From IMG/VR virus record IMGVR_UViG_3300031555_004710, positions 96,001 through 160,000 of that record: a DNA stretch of 64,000 bases; one strand, 5' to 3'. The stretch comes from a virus. Its lineage: Duplodnaviria > Caudoviricetes. The position numbers were made by a program, and so were the translations under genes. This document shows positions 1 to 8,918 of this stretch, piece by piece (within the stretch, counting starts at the first letter, position 1; each line of letters begins with the position of its first letter). Below the pieces are notes generated by a model. It saw only the letters and a list, made by a program, of their open reading frames with translations. It was not told the DNA's origin and made no database searches.

Positions 1-1476
1 TTCAATGGATGTGTCTATGATATTGTAACTAATCAAACCAAAAAATATAATATATATGATAGTATAGTATTAATCGACATTAATACAAATTTTAAAAAAA
101 TGTATACCATAAGAGAACTAATATTTGCATCATTTTATAGATTTCCTGAAGGTTCAGATATTACGATGACAAACGAGCATACACATGATATTGAATATGC
201 TTATCATATTGAATCTGGGACGGTTGGTTTTTATACTATTTTAGGAGTGGAATTTAGAAAAGTCATAGTACCAAAACATAATAGATATTATAAGGCAGTA
301 ACTAAAAGTAGGAAATTTGTATTAATAGTTTCGGAAAATGGTGCTGTCTATGATATACAAAAGAAACGATTTTTAAATATTAACATTGATGATGATGGGA
401 TTCCTTATATAATACTAAAGCATACTGTAAGGATTACTATTGATGAGATATTATTATATAGCTGGAATGAGCATTTAGAAGTTGACCCAGAACTTTATCA
501 ACTAATAAACACCTCTCCAATAAAATTATTTGTGAATCGACATACATTAGTATTATTCAATGATAAAAGTAATATATATCTACCATTAAACAATGCAGTC
601 GTTTCTCAAAATATTAGCCCATTTATATCTAGCGAAAATCTTCCTCGCTCATTTAAACGTAATAATAGATATTATGATAAATGGTTAATTGATGATTTAG
701 GTAATCTTAGTCAAATACCTATAGATGGACTATCTGAATATTATATATCTAAATGCGGAATAATACTTAATCAAAATAATGCAATACTAAATCCTTATAA
801 GATAATATATAATAATGAAAATATATCAGATGTATTGTATAAATTTCCGAATATCGATAAAGTATTTTCAATTGGTGATATATTAATATGGACATATTTT
901 AGATTAAATTATTCAGCAATTGAAAAATCTTTTATACAATTTACATTTCATAAAAGATTCAATATACCAATAGTATATAATTTACACATAATATCTAAAT
1001 TCTTTCAAATAGGAAATACTACTCCATTAATAGGTGAAATGATATTTACACCAATTAGTGGATTTCCAAATTTCTTCATATCTACAACAGGTGCAATTTT
1101 TAATGCTAAGCATCGATATTTTATTCAGATGCACAATCAATCTAGAGATGACGGGACTACTCATATTCAGTTACCAATAGGAAACGAGTTACGCTGGATA
1201 GATATAAATAAAACAATGTATCGTAGCTGGTATGGTTCGATTCCACATGGAGCCAGAGTTAGCATGAAAAATATGATACGTGGAGATTATAGTTTAGCAA
1301 ATATACAACTAAATATTTCTTCATCAACTAATTGTAATATAAATAAAGTTAGAAAAATTCATGCATCAATTAATAAAAGTAGAGATCGTGAAAGAAAAAT
1401 AATAGAGAGTATTCAATCTATAACAATAGATGAATACTCTAATAAATTTCCTATACCAGAAATAATTGATATTTAA
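1..1476 (+). CDS. Tandem degenerate NUMOD4/HNH-repeat protein (5'-truncated by window edge)
   Basis: Frame is open from base 1 (FNGCVYDI...). Four repeat units: NGCVYD..TIRELIFASF, SENGAVYD..TIDEILLYSW, IPIDGLSEYYISKCG..SIGDILIWTY, ISGFPNFFISTTG..DINKTMYRSWYGSIP..VSMKNMIRGDYSLANI. They resemble NUMOD4 + HNH_3 but lack the catalytic His/Asn. Confidence 0.65.
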   Translation, partial: FNGCVYDIVTNQTKKYNIYDSIVLIDINTNFKKMYTIRELIFASFYRFPEGSDITMTNEHTHDIEYAYHIESGTVGFYTILGVEFRKVIVPKHNRYYKAVTKSRKFVLIVSENGAVYDIQKKRFLNINIDDDGIPYIILKHTVRITIDEILLYSWNEHLEVDPELYQLINTSPIKLFVNRHTLVLFNDKSNIYLPLNNAVVSQNISPFISSENLPRSFKRNNRYYDKWLIDDLGNLSQIPIDGLSEYYISKCGIILNQNNAILNPYKIIYNNENISDVLYKFPNIDKVFSIGDILIWTYFRLNYSAIEKSFIQFTFHKRFNIPIVYNLHIISKFFQIGNTTPLIGEMIFTPISGFPNFFISTTGAIFNAKHRYFIQMHNQSRDDGTTHIQLPIGNELRWIDINKTMYRSWYGSIPHGARVSMKNMIRGDYSLANIQLNISSSTNCNINKVRKIHASINKSRDRERKIIESIQSITIDEYSNKFPIPEIIDI

Positions 1477-1482
1477 AAAGAA

Positions 1483-1512
1483 TGGGATAGCGACTATTTA
1501 TTCGCTATCCCA
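1483..1512. terminator. Intrinsic terminator hairpin (probably bidirectional)
   Basis: tgggatagcga-N8-tcgctatccca immediately after the stop at 1476. Confidence 0.75.
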
Positions 1513-1735
1513 AATATATAGTATATGATTTACTATTCTCCCACCTCAATCAGTTCTATTAACCGTTTTATATTAGTATCTCATAAAGAGATGCTACCCT
1601 GAAATAATTTGAAAATATTACATATCTTTATTTTTTTATATTATACACGAATAGGTCGTGGGGCCTTGATATAGATTTTTCAAATTAATAATTTTAGTAA
1701 ACTGAAATTCTCAAAAAAGAGAGAAAATAAATCAT

Positions 1736-1747
1736 TAATTTAATGTT
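1736..1747 (-). promoter_or_regulatory. Late-type promoter candidate AACA-N6-TA (minus strand)
   Basis: Reverse complement AACAttaaatTA; divergent from the 1779 motif; short motif that can occur by chance. Confidence 0.4.
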
Positions 1748-1778
1748 ATGTATTAAAATTAAAAAATAAAACACTTGT

Positions 1779-1790
1779 AACATATGAGTA
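1779..1790 (+). promoter_or_regulatory. Late-type promoter AACA-N6-TA upstream of the large structured RNA
   Basis: AACAtatgagTA exactly at the start of the structured, GC-richer segment. Confidence 0.6.
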
Positions 1791-2555
1791 AACCTATCGA
1801 ATAGAAATTCATACTAGGTGTAATGAATGGTATTCGAAGGAGCAGTGAAAAATAGGATAAATGATTATCCTATCGGTTGATTATTCTTACAGGATTTTGA
1901 TAAACATTGAAATATTAATCATAGATGAAACGTGACTGCGATATCGGTTCATAAAAATGAAAAGAGCGTCAAAGCGCGGTATGGGATTAGGGGGGAAGCT
2001 CTCTATGATACAGCGGGTAAGTTTCTGCGTGCAGATGGATCCATGATTGATTAATATTTACAATTTCTATTTTTAATAGTGAGTTGGTTGTTTACTTTTC
2101 GGTAAGGTATGCACAGGAGTATAAACGGCATTAGTGGTAATTGGTGAGATGGAGGTCAACGAGCACCCATCAAATGGAATTGTAAGATAACTAGATTAAA
2201 AATCCTAGTTCTAGATATTTTGACAATGGTTACTATTTTACTATATGTATTATAGAGCGCATTGTTTTAAATTTTATTTAAACAATTTTCAGCCAATTAC
2301 CGCCATAAACGGTAACTCGGTAATTGCTTAGCCTCTAATGCACCCGTTTATTTATTTTTTATTTAATTTAGTAGACATGGTAGGGTACATTATCGGCACT
2401 CTTAGATTTTATAATTTAGTAGAAATATGGTTTCAGTTAAATACAGAAACTATATTTCTTTTTCATGCGTAAAGAATTTATTTCCAACTTGTTTGGAAAT
2501 AAATTATGCGCAAAATGAAAAAGTAAAACATCCTATCATAGATAGGATGTTTTTT
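1790..2555 (+). ncRNA. Candidate large structured non-coding RNA (~760 nt)
   Basis: No ORF >=60 aa; GC-richer than flanks; about 10 local hairpins plus several nested long-range helices; late promoter at the 5' end and terminator at the 3' end. Confidence 0.7.
2525..2555 (+). terminator. Intrinsic terminator
   Basis: aaaacatcctatc-ata-gataggatgtttt followed by a T tract. Confidence 0.8.
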
Positions 2556-2604
2556 CTTATTTTTAATTTATTATAAATATTTTAAATAACCAAATATATA
2601 ATCG

Positions 2605-2642
2605 TATATTATTCTACTGATAATGATATATTATTTTAATGA
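2605..2642 (+). promoter_or_regulatory. Tandem early-type promoters TATATTAT-N5-TGA
   Basis: TATATTATtctacTGA (2605) and TATATTATtttaaTGA (2627) upstream of the RBS of 2682. Confidence 0.7.
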
Positions 2643-2681
2643 ATAATATAAAAATAATTGTAATTAGGAGATTAATATAAA

Positions 2682-3248
2682 ATGAAAAATGTATGTTTAA
2701 TATATATAGGTTATTTGACTGGATATCGTTATTCTGACCCGATCTTATTATGTGTATCTGATGAAAAGATTAAAGTTAAATATTATTTAAAAAATGTAAG
2801 AAATTTATCTAATAAAGAATATGATATTCGAGAAGTAGTATTAGATTTTGATACGGCAATGATATTATACGAAGATTATGTATTACAAGATTTTGAAAAA
2901 GATTGTTTATTTTTAACTAATCGAGATATTGAATATTTAAATACAGAAATACAAACTACAATTCAACAATTAGAAATATCATATGATAATCTAAAAAGAT
3001 ATTGTGAGATTGTAAGAAAAGTACCATCTATGAAAGATTCTTTAAATACATTGTATTCTTCGTTAAAAATAATGGAAAAACAGTTATCGAAAGTAAAAAC
3101 ATTACGAAAATTATGTAATGCAGATATAAAAGACTCTCCAATATTTTCAAGAAATATTTTAGAGTATTTAAAATACATGGATATATTACAAGAAGATAAA
3201 GAACTAACCGAAATGTTTTATAGAAAGGTGTGTGATGAAAATGAGTAA
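2682..3248 (+). CDS. Hypothetical early protein
   Basis: 188-aa ORF, RBS aggag, early promoter. Confidence 0.8.
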   Translation: MKNVCLIYIGYLTGYRYSDPILLCVSDEKIKVKYYLKNVRNLSNKEYDIREVVLDFDTAMILYEDYVLQDFEKDCLFLTNRDIEYLNTEIQTTIQQLEISYDNLKRYCEIVRKVPSMKDSLNTLYSSLKIMEKQLSKVKTLRKLCNADIKDSPIFSRNILEYLKYMDILQEDKELTEMFYRKVCDENE

Positions 3249-3489
3249 AAAAGATTATAGTCTTAAATTTTATAAAGGTTTAATGACTAATACAAATGAA
3301 GAAAAATATAATTTCTATCTTGCAGGAAGAACTGAATCAGAAGCTAAAGCCTGTTTAGAAAATTATATTATAAATCACAGTACAAAATACCATATAATAC
3401 CAGACGAAAACGACATTGATCAAATTTCAATAAAAGAAGTTTCATCAGAAGATTATGGTAAAGAATATGGTTATGAAATAATTAACTAA
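3241..3489 (+). CDS. Small hypothetical protein, paralog of 3514..3738
   Basis: Shared YNFYLAGRTESEAK / YSFYIEAKTATEAE and ISIKEV..DYGK / ISIVEV..YYGK; start placed at MSKK. Confidence 0.75.
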   Translation: MSKKDYSLKFYKGLMTNTNEEKYNFYLAGRTESEAKACLENYIINHSTKYHIIPDENDIDQISIKEVSSEDYGKEYGYEIIN

Positions 3490-3513
3490 TGATACAAAGG
3501 AGTATGATTAACA

Positions 3514-3738
3514 ATGCAAAACATTCATTTCTATTTAGGCGAAGTTAAAGGGTCAGAGGATGAATATAGTTTCTATATTGAAGCTAAAACAGCAACAGAA
3601 GCTGAAAATAAACTAATATCATATTATGATAACTATTTAATGTCAACCTCAGGAGAAATGACATCTATAAGTATAGTTGAAGTAGAAGCAGCTGAATATT
3701 ACGGTAAATTAAAAATAGATAAATATTCATTTATCTAA
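3514..3738 (+). CDS. Small hypothetical protein, paralog of 3241..3489
   Basis: RBS aaggag; tandem paralogy. Confidence 0.75.
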   Translation: MQNIHFYLGEVKGSEDEYSFYIEAKTATEAENKLISYYDNYLMSTSGEMTSISIVEVEAAEYYGKLKIDKYSFI

Positions 3739-3745
3739 AGAATTT

Positions 3746-3780
3746 AAAAGATAACGAGATTTGATTTCTCGTTATCTTTT
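3746..3780. terminator. Bidirectional terminator between convergent genes
   Basis: aaaagataacgaga-N7-tctcgttatctttt. Confidence 0.8.
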
Positions 3781-3785
3781 ATTTT

Positions 3786-4304
3786 TTAATCAACTTTTCT
3801 TCTACCTTTATTTGTAAATCCTTCAGGAATATAAAGTAATCCTAATTCACTCATTCCTTTCATTAATGAATGAGAATTATCTGGAGACTTCCAATATTTA
3901 TCGCTATTAGAATCAAGACTTAAATTCTTACATAGATTAGAATTTAAAAATTCAACAAATTTTGGATATTCCATATTACAAAAGTTAGCTATACATGTAT
4001 CGAAATATTCTTTATGTAAATTATTTTTTACTGCATATCGATATGCTGGAATAGCTCTATTTGTATATAAGAAAGGACTATCCCAAATTATGAATCTTTT
4101 TCCTTTTTTATATCCTTCGAATATTACTAAATAATCTATTTTTAATTCTGAATCAAAATTTAATGCCGCATAAAGCATTTTTAAATTAGGACAAAATATT
4201 TTATAATTTTCAACTAAGTTTAAAAATAATTGCTGTCGTTGTTTTGGGTAAACTATAAGTCTTTCATTAATTGGTACATCTATTTCTTTTTTACTATCAA
4301 ACAT
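3786..4304 (-). CDS. Hypothetical protein
   Basis: 172-aa ORF with RBS aggtggtg. Confidence 0.75.
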   Translation of the reverse strand: MFDSKKEIDVPINERLIVYPKQRQQLFLNLVENYKIFCPNLKMLYAALNFDSELKIDYLVIFEGYKKGKRFIIWDSPFLYTNRAIPAYRYAVKNNLHKEYFDTCIANFCNMEYPKFVEFLNSNLCKNLSLDSNSDKYWKSPDNSHSLMKGMSELGLLYIPEGFTNKGRRKVD

Positions 4305-4355
4305 AAATTATTCACCACCTATAAAAAATAATATTAATTATAAGTTATAGAGAAT

Positions 4356-4389
4356 AAAAATATTCTAGGGTTAACCCTAGAATATTTTT
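4356..4389. terminator. Perfect 34-bp palindrome / terminator
   Basis: aaaaatattctagggtt|aaccctagaatattttt. Confidence 0.7.
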
Positions 4390-4492
4390 TCCCATATATT
4401 TTAAATTGAGGCGGGGAATTCACTCCACATAGTGAATTTACTATATATGTTTTTATTCATATATTATTATATAAAGAAAAAGAATAAATGAG

Positions 4493-5680
4493 GTGAACGA
4501 TATGAAAAATTTAAATATTTTAATTCTTTATAAAGATAAGAGAAGTAAAATAATTGATGCTAAAAAGATAAAGAAATTTAATTTATCTGATAGAAATATT
4601 AAAATTATTTTTATTCCACTATATGATAACCCAAACACATATATTCCGATAAAACCTAATCAACTATTTAATTTTAATAAAGTACATGTTGATATATCAT
4701 ATCAAGCATTCATGTACGATTATGAAGAAGAAACTGGTGTATCATTTGATATTCAAAATTTTAGTAAAACTTGTGATAATATTATCGATTTTATAAATGC
4801 AATTTATAATCTATATAAATTTAGAGGAGTTACTTTATATTTAGAAAATTCATATCAAATGACAACTTCACAATCTTCAAATCTTATAATGGTGCCTAGA
4901 GAAATAAACATTAAATTCTATGATAAAAATAATTGTATCTGTAATAAAATAGAATCTGGTTTAATGGATGATTTATCAGATTATCATTATACAGTTTTTA
5001 GAAAGACTCCACCTGCATATATTTGTGAAGATAGATTAAACTGTCTAAAAGATATTATGTATGTGCCAGATGATATTGATGGAAGTTGCTCACCTGATAC
5101 TGAAAAATTACCATTATGCATTCAGCTAGTAGATGATAATACTTGGAAAACAGTAAAGAAAAGTAGTAATTTATTAAATAGTGATTATATTTTATATAAG
5201 ATTCCAGATTTTGAAGTATACTATTTGATGGAGTATGGATTATATTTAGAACTTTTACATTTTGAAAGATTTGATATTAATTTTATTAGTACTCCTATAG
5301 ATACTTCAGTAATGGATGAAAACTATCTTCCAAGTATTGATAAAAATAAAATTCCATCATTATTTGAAAAGCAAGAAGCATATGAAGCATTCTATGATGC
5401 TAGATTATTTAGTATAGTTAATGCCGAAGTTATAATATGCTCTGCAGATACTCTTATTGAATCAATTATATTCTTTAGTACAATAATGAGTTATATTAAA
5501 TACTTTGGAATATACTGTTATGCGAGTAATTCAAGCTTTATAAAGATAAAGAATTTTGCAATATTTAATAGAGATTGCTGTGGAGAATTTAGAGATAATA
5601 TTGTATTAACTGATTTAGAGTTAGATTATGATTCGGTCAATAATACATTCTTAAGAATGATTACAGGAGGTAAGTATTAA
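4493..5680 (+). CDS. Hypothetical early protein
   Basis: 395-aa ORF; TATATTAT at 4460; likely start ATG 4502 after gaggtga. Confidence 0.8.
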   Translation: MNDMKNLNILILYKDKRSKIIDAKKIKKFNLSDRNIKIIFIPLYDNPNTYIPIKPNQLFNFNKVHVDISYQAFMYDYEEETGVSFDIQNFSKTCDNIIDFINAIYNLYKFRGVTLYLENSYQMTTSQSSNLIMVPREINIKFYDKNNCICNKIESGLMDDLSDYHYTVFRKTPPAYICEDRLNCLKDIMYVPDDIDGSCSPDTEKLPLCIQLVDDNTWKTVKKSSNLLNSDYILYKIPDFEVYYLMEYGLYLELLHFERFDINFISTPIDTSVMDENYLPSIDKNKIPSLFEKQEAYEAFYDARLFSIVNAEVIICSADTLIESIIFFSTIMSYIKYFGIYCYASNSSFIKIKNFAIFNRDCCGEFRDNIVLTDLELDYDSVNNTFLRMITGGKY

Positions 5681-6676
5681 ATGTCTATATTACAAACTAA
5701 TTTAAAAGAAATTAAGTGCTTTAAAATTGATAATTATCGAAAAATTATAAAAACCTCTTTACAGGACATCGATAACTCAGACAATGATTCTACTGTCTTA
5801 GTAGAAATGAACTTCTTTGGAATTAATCAAGTATATTCCCTCATGAATATTAATAAAATAAAGAAATTCGTTTCTAAAATAAAAGACATCCGAGATATTG
5901 GTAATATGCTATCATTGAGTAGAGTTATTGAAGATTCTCCAATTGAAGAAGGAATAAATCTAAAAACTAGAAGTATTTATTTAAATGAATTGAATCATAT
6001 TGATTGGATATCAATTTATCAATTAAATATTATTTTAGAAGGAATGAATTGTATATCTGATTTAGATATACAATATGATTTACAAATAGGTAAATATTTA
6101 GACCTTCCAACTATAAATTTATCTAAATTGGATTTCTCTCCAGATGAAGATATTAATTATAAATATATCTTTAGGTTTAATGATAATAGTTGTAGATTCT
6201 CTAATGAACTTTCTGAGTACTCAATAGATAATGAAAACCTTATCGGGATATTTATATATCTGAAAGAATTTAATTGCTGGCAGTATCTTTCTAAAAAGAG
6301 GTTTAAGACCTTAAATTATCCTAATAGTATTGAGATTAAATATGCCATAACTGATAGCCCTAGATGCTTTTCTAAAATTGGATATCATAACTTATATTCA
6401 ATAAGTGATTTTTATAATCTACTACTATATTCTATATATTTACCTGTGGATATTTATTTTAAGAAAGAATTTGAAGATTTACAGTATAAGATATCAAATA
6501 AAATATATGATGCTTTAGAAATCAGTGTCAGTTTTGAAAATTATACTACCACTGTATTATTAACTCATGATGAATTAGGTATTGATAATATTACTCAGAA
6601 TACTGGAATTTTGTATATGGATAAATTTTGGTTATTAAAATTGATTAATAATATCATTTGCTTAAAACCTTATTAA
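5681..6676 (+). CDS. Hypothetical protein
   Basis: 331-aa ORF, RBS aggagg, abuts the previous gene. Confidence 0.8.
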   Translation: MSILQTNLKEIKCFKIDNYRKIIKTSLQDIDNSDNDSTVLVEMNFFGINQVYSLMNINKIKKFVSKIKDIRDIGNMLSLSRVIEDSPIEEGINLKTRSIYLNELNHIDWISIYQLNIILEGMNCISDLDIQYDLQIGKYLDLPTINLSKLDFSPDEDINYKYIFRFNDNSCRFSNELSEYSIDNENLIGIFIYLKEFNCWQYLSKKRFKTLNYPNSIEIKYAITDSPRCFSKIGYHNLYSISDFYNLLLYSIYLPVDIYFKKEFEDLQYKISNKIYDALEISVSFENYTTTVLLTHDELGIDNITQNTGILYMDKFWLLKLINNIICLKPY

Positions 6677-6691
6677 TAAGAGGTGATTAGC

Positions 6692-6859
6692 ATGAGTGAA
6701 AAGAAAAACTTTTCTGATGAAATGCTAAAAGATTACATTTCATCAGAAATTTCAATTATTAAAAAAGAAAAAGAGGATAAATCAAATTGGAAATTAAATG
6801 AAGATTTTCATTCTCAATTAACTATTCGTAAGGAAGAAGGTGACTGTGATGTATCATAA
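6692..6859 (+). CDS. Small hypothetical protein (55 aa, not in ORF track)
   Basis: RBS gaggtga then MSEKKNFSDEMLKDYISSEISIIKKEKEDKSNWKLNEDFHSQLTIRKEEGDCDVS; fills the gap in the operon. Confidence 0.65.
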   Translation: MSEKKNFSDEMLKDYISSEISIIKKEKEDKSNWKLNEDFHSQLTIRKEEGDCDVS

Positions 6860-7358
6860 ATCCCCAATGGAAAAATTTAATAAAAATAATCCATATATAA
6901 TAATTGCTAAAAAGGTTTATGACTCAATTATAGACAAAATTCAGATTTTTGGAAAACTCTGTGTGCTTTCAACTATTATATTTATAATTGCTCAATGTAT
7001 AATAACAAGTGTACTTATAATAAATATGATTTTTAATAAGCAGTATTTATTTAATATAATTGCGATAATAATATTATTTCTATCACATGTAAGTTATATT
7101 ATTAGCATAAGAAATAAAATACAGTATTTTATATCATCGAGTCCAGCAATTAAAGAGTTTAGTCGAATTTCTGAATTAGAAGTCAATGATATCCTTGCAT
7201 TGAATAATGAAGATGTTTTAAAATGTGTGCATGGTTTATACGAGTTACGAGGAGAGCTAACTACTACTAATAAATTCTACAATTTTATGTTTTATGTAAA
7301 TATTGGTATTGAAGTAGTTCTTTTAATATTTATTATAATAATCTTATTAGGAATATAA
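6840..7358 (+). CDS. Membrane protein (3 predicted TM helices)
   Basis: Hydrophobic segments LCVLSTIIFIIAQCIITSVLII, YLFNIIAIIILFL, IGIEVVLLIFIIIILLGI. Confidence 0.75.
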   Translation: MTVMYHKSPMEKFNKNNPYIIIAKKVYDSIIDKIQIFGKLCVLSTIIFIIAQCIITSVLIINMIFNKQYLFNIIAIIILFLSHVSYIISIRNKIQYFISSSPAIKEFSRISELEVNDILALNNEDVLKCVHGLYELRGELTTTNKFYNFMFYVNIGIEVVLLIFIIIILLGI

Positions 7359-7377
7359 ATGGAAGGAGTGAAAAATA

Positions 7378-7908
7378 ATGACTGGTTTACCATTACTAAA
7401 TGCATTAGATGCTAAATATAAGGGTTCGTTTACATTAATGAATGCAATAAACGATTCTTTAATATCTGAAAATGTGGAAAAATTCTATGTTCCTCAAGTA
7501 GAAATTAAAAGTTCAATATTTATTAAAAAAGATGAAAGTATTGCAATTACACCTACAGGACCTAGAAGAATAAGATTTGTATATTTAAATCCTCAGGGAA
7601 AAAATCTTACAAATCCAGATTCATCATTTATTCAAATAGCCCCAAGTCGTAAAGGATTTCTTGCTAGACTTAGTATATCTAGAAATACTTATACTGCAGT
7701 AAATTTAGAGTTGGACTATTTTATAGATATTGAAAATATTAAGTATAAAATAGATAGTGTAATGATGAGTGAAAATAATGAGATTCTTTTAAGAGATGTA
7801 TTAAAGTTTGATAATTTGGATTTTAACGAATATTCAAAAATTAATTTCGATCCATTGATAAAAGATTTCATTATCCACAAAGAAGAATTATTCGAAATGT
7901 ATTTTTAA
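7378..7908 (+). CDS. Hypothetical protein
   Basis: 176-aa ORF, RBS aaggag. Confidence 0.8.
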   Translation: MTGLPLLNALDAKYKGSFTLMNAINDSLISENVEKFYVPQVEIKSSIFIKKDESIAITPTGPRRIRFVYLNPQGKNLTNPDSSFIQIAPSRKGFLARLSISRNTYTAVNLELDYFIDIENIKYKIDSVMMSENNEILLRDVLKFDNLDFNEYSKINFDPLIKDFIIHKEELFEMYF

Positions 7909-7913
7909 ATAAA

Positions 7914-7951
7914 AAAAATAAGAAGAGGTTTTTATACCTCTTCTTATTTTT
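7914..7951. terminator. Bidirectional terminator
   Basis: aaaaataagaagaggt-N6-acctcttcttattttt between convergent genes. Confidence 0.8.
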
Positions 7952-7957
7952 ATGCCA

Positions 7958-8131
7958 TTAGATGGCAGCTGGGTCTACAAGTTCTTCTACACAATCGTCG
8001 CAGCATTCAAGACAGCATTCTTTATTAGCTTTAACGTCTTTGATTGCTGAAACAGTTGTAGCAATAGCACCTGCTACTGTTACACCCATAAGGATTTTTG
8101 TTGTTAATGATACGTTTTCGAACATTGTCAT
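7958..8131 (-). CDS. 57-aa single-TM microprotein with Cys cluster (not in ORF track)
   Basis: RBS aaggagg; MTMFENVSLTTKILMGVTVAGAIATTVSAIKDVKANKECCLECCDDCVEELVDPAAI. Confidence 0.75.
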   Translation of the reverse strand: MTMFENVSLTTKILMGVTVAGAIATTVSAIKDVKANKECCLECCDDCVEELVDPAAI

Positions 8132-8213
8132 GTCCTCCTTTATTAAAATTATTTTTTCTCCCCTCCAATAGAAGAGGTTTTACATTATTGTGGAATACGA
8201 ATTATTTTTTTAA

Positions 8214-8438
8214 TTAGAATTCGATAACTTCTGCAGCAGCATCAGTAGCTTCTTCTATAGAAGAAGCTATCTGTTCTACTCCATCGGTTACATCTTCAAG
8301 TAATACAGCTTCGTTTTCGATTTCTTTAATTTCTTTGAAATCTCTTGCTGCACTAATTGCAGTTCCAATTCCTAACAGAATTGTCATTCCACCAATCACC
8401 TTTGTACGATTACTAAATTTGCTACCAATGTTTTTCAT
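8214..8438 (-). CDS. 74-aa single-TM microprotein with acidic tail
   Basis: Strong RBS aaggagg before MKNIGSKFSNRTKVIGGMTILLGIGTAISAARDFKE; the track extends the ORF to 8600. Confidence 0.7.
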   Translation of the reverse strand: MKNIGSKFSNRTKVIGGMTILLGIGTAISAARDFKEIKEIENEAVLLEDVTDGVEQIASSIEEATDAAAEVIEF

Positions 8439-8626
8439 TTGAGTTTCCTCCTTAAATTTTTTTAGTTTATTTGGTTTTTCTTTTAGCACATATAAAGTTG
8501 CTATTAACTGAGCTCTATTTAATGTAGTCAATACATTATCGGTCTTTTTCTCTATTCTAGAGATGTCTGACAATAGAGCAATGTTTGTCAGACCAGACAT
8601 GATTGCGGTTGCTGCTAATAGTTTAT

Positions 8627-8860
8627 TTATCCCATATCTATTATCACCCCCTCAGATGTTTCAGGTGTATCTTGAATATTATTAGCAATATCATTAGATA
8701 ATGATTTTGCAGCATCAATTCCTTCTTTAACCTGTTTTGCAGTATTGACAATTGTTTTAGAGTTAGCAATTAATTTTATTATTGTGCCTATTAATGTAGG
8801 TGCACTAAATCCTACAACTGCTGCAACCCCTAAACATTTTGGTGCTTTCTTTTCGAACAT
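8627..8860 (-). CDS. 77-aa single-TM microprotein
   Basis: RBS aaggggg; MFEKKAPKCLGVAAVVGFSAPTLIGTII; first gene after the early motif at 8927-8934. Confidence 0.7.
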   Translation of the reverse strand: MFEKKAPKCLGVAAVVGFSAPTLIGTIIKLIANSKTIVNTAKQVKEGIDAAKSLSNDIANNIQDTPETSEGVIIDMG

Positions 8861-8918
8861 TATAATGTCCCCCTTTTTATTAATTTTTATTTGGTTAACC
8901 TAAATTTGTCTATAACCT

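Noticed and set aside
1790-2555. Group I/II intron, RNase P, tmRNA or CRISPR array as the identity of the structured region
   Set aside because: No interrupted host gene; no group II domain V, convincing group I P7 pair, RNase P GAGGAAAGUCC or tmRNA termini recognised; no repeat-spacer periodicity.
7962-8171. Plus-strand 69-aa ORF
   Set aside because: Antisense shadow of the 57-aa minus-strand gene, which has a strong RBS and paralogs.
7921-8181. 12-bp direct repeat agaagaggtttt (7921 and 8170)
   Set aside because: Only two short copies, one in a terminator arm; insufficient for an att site or array.
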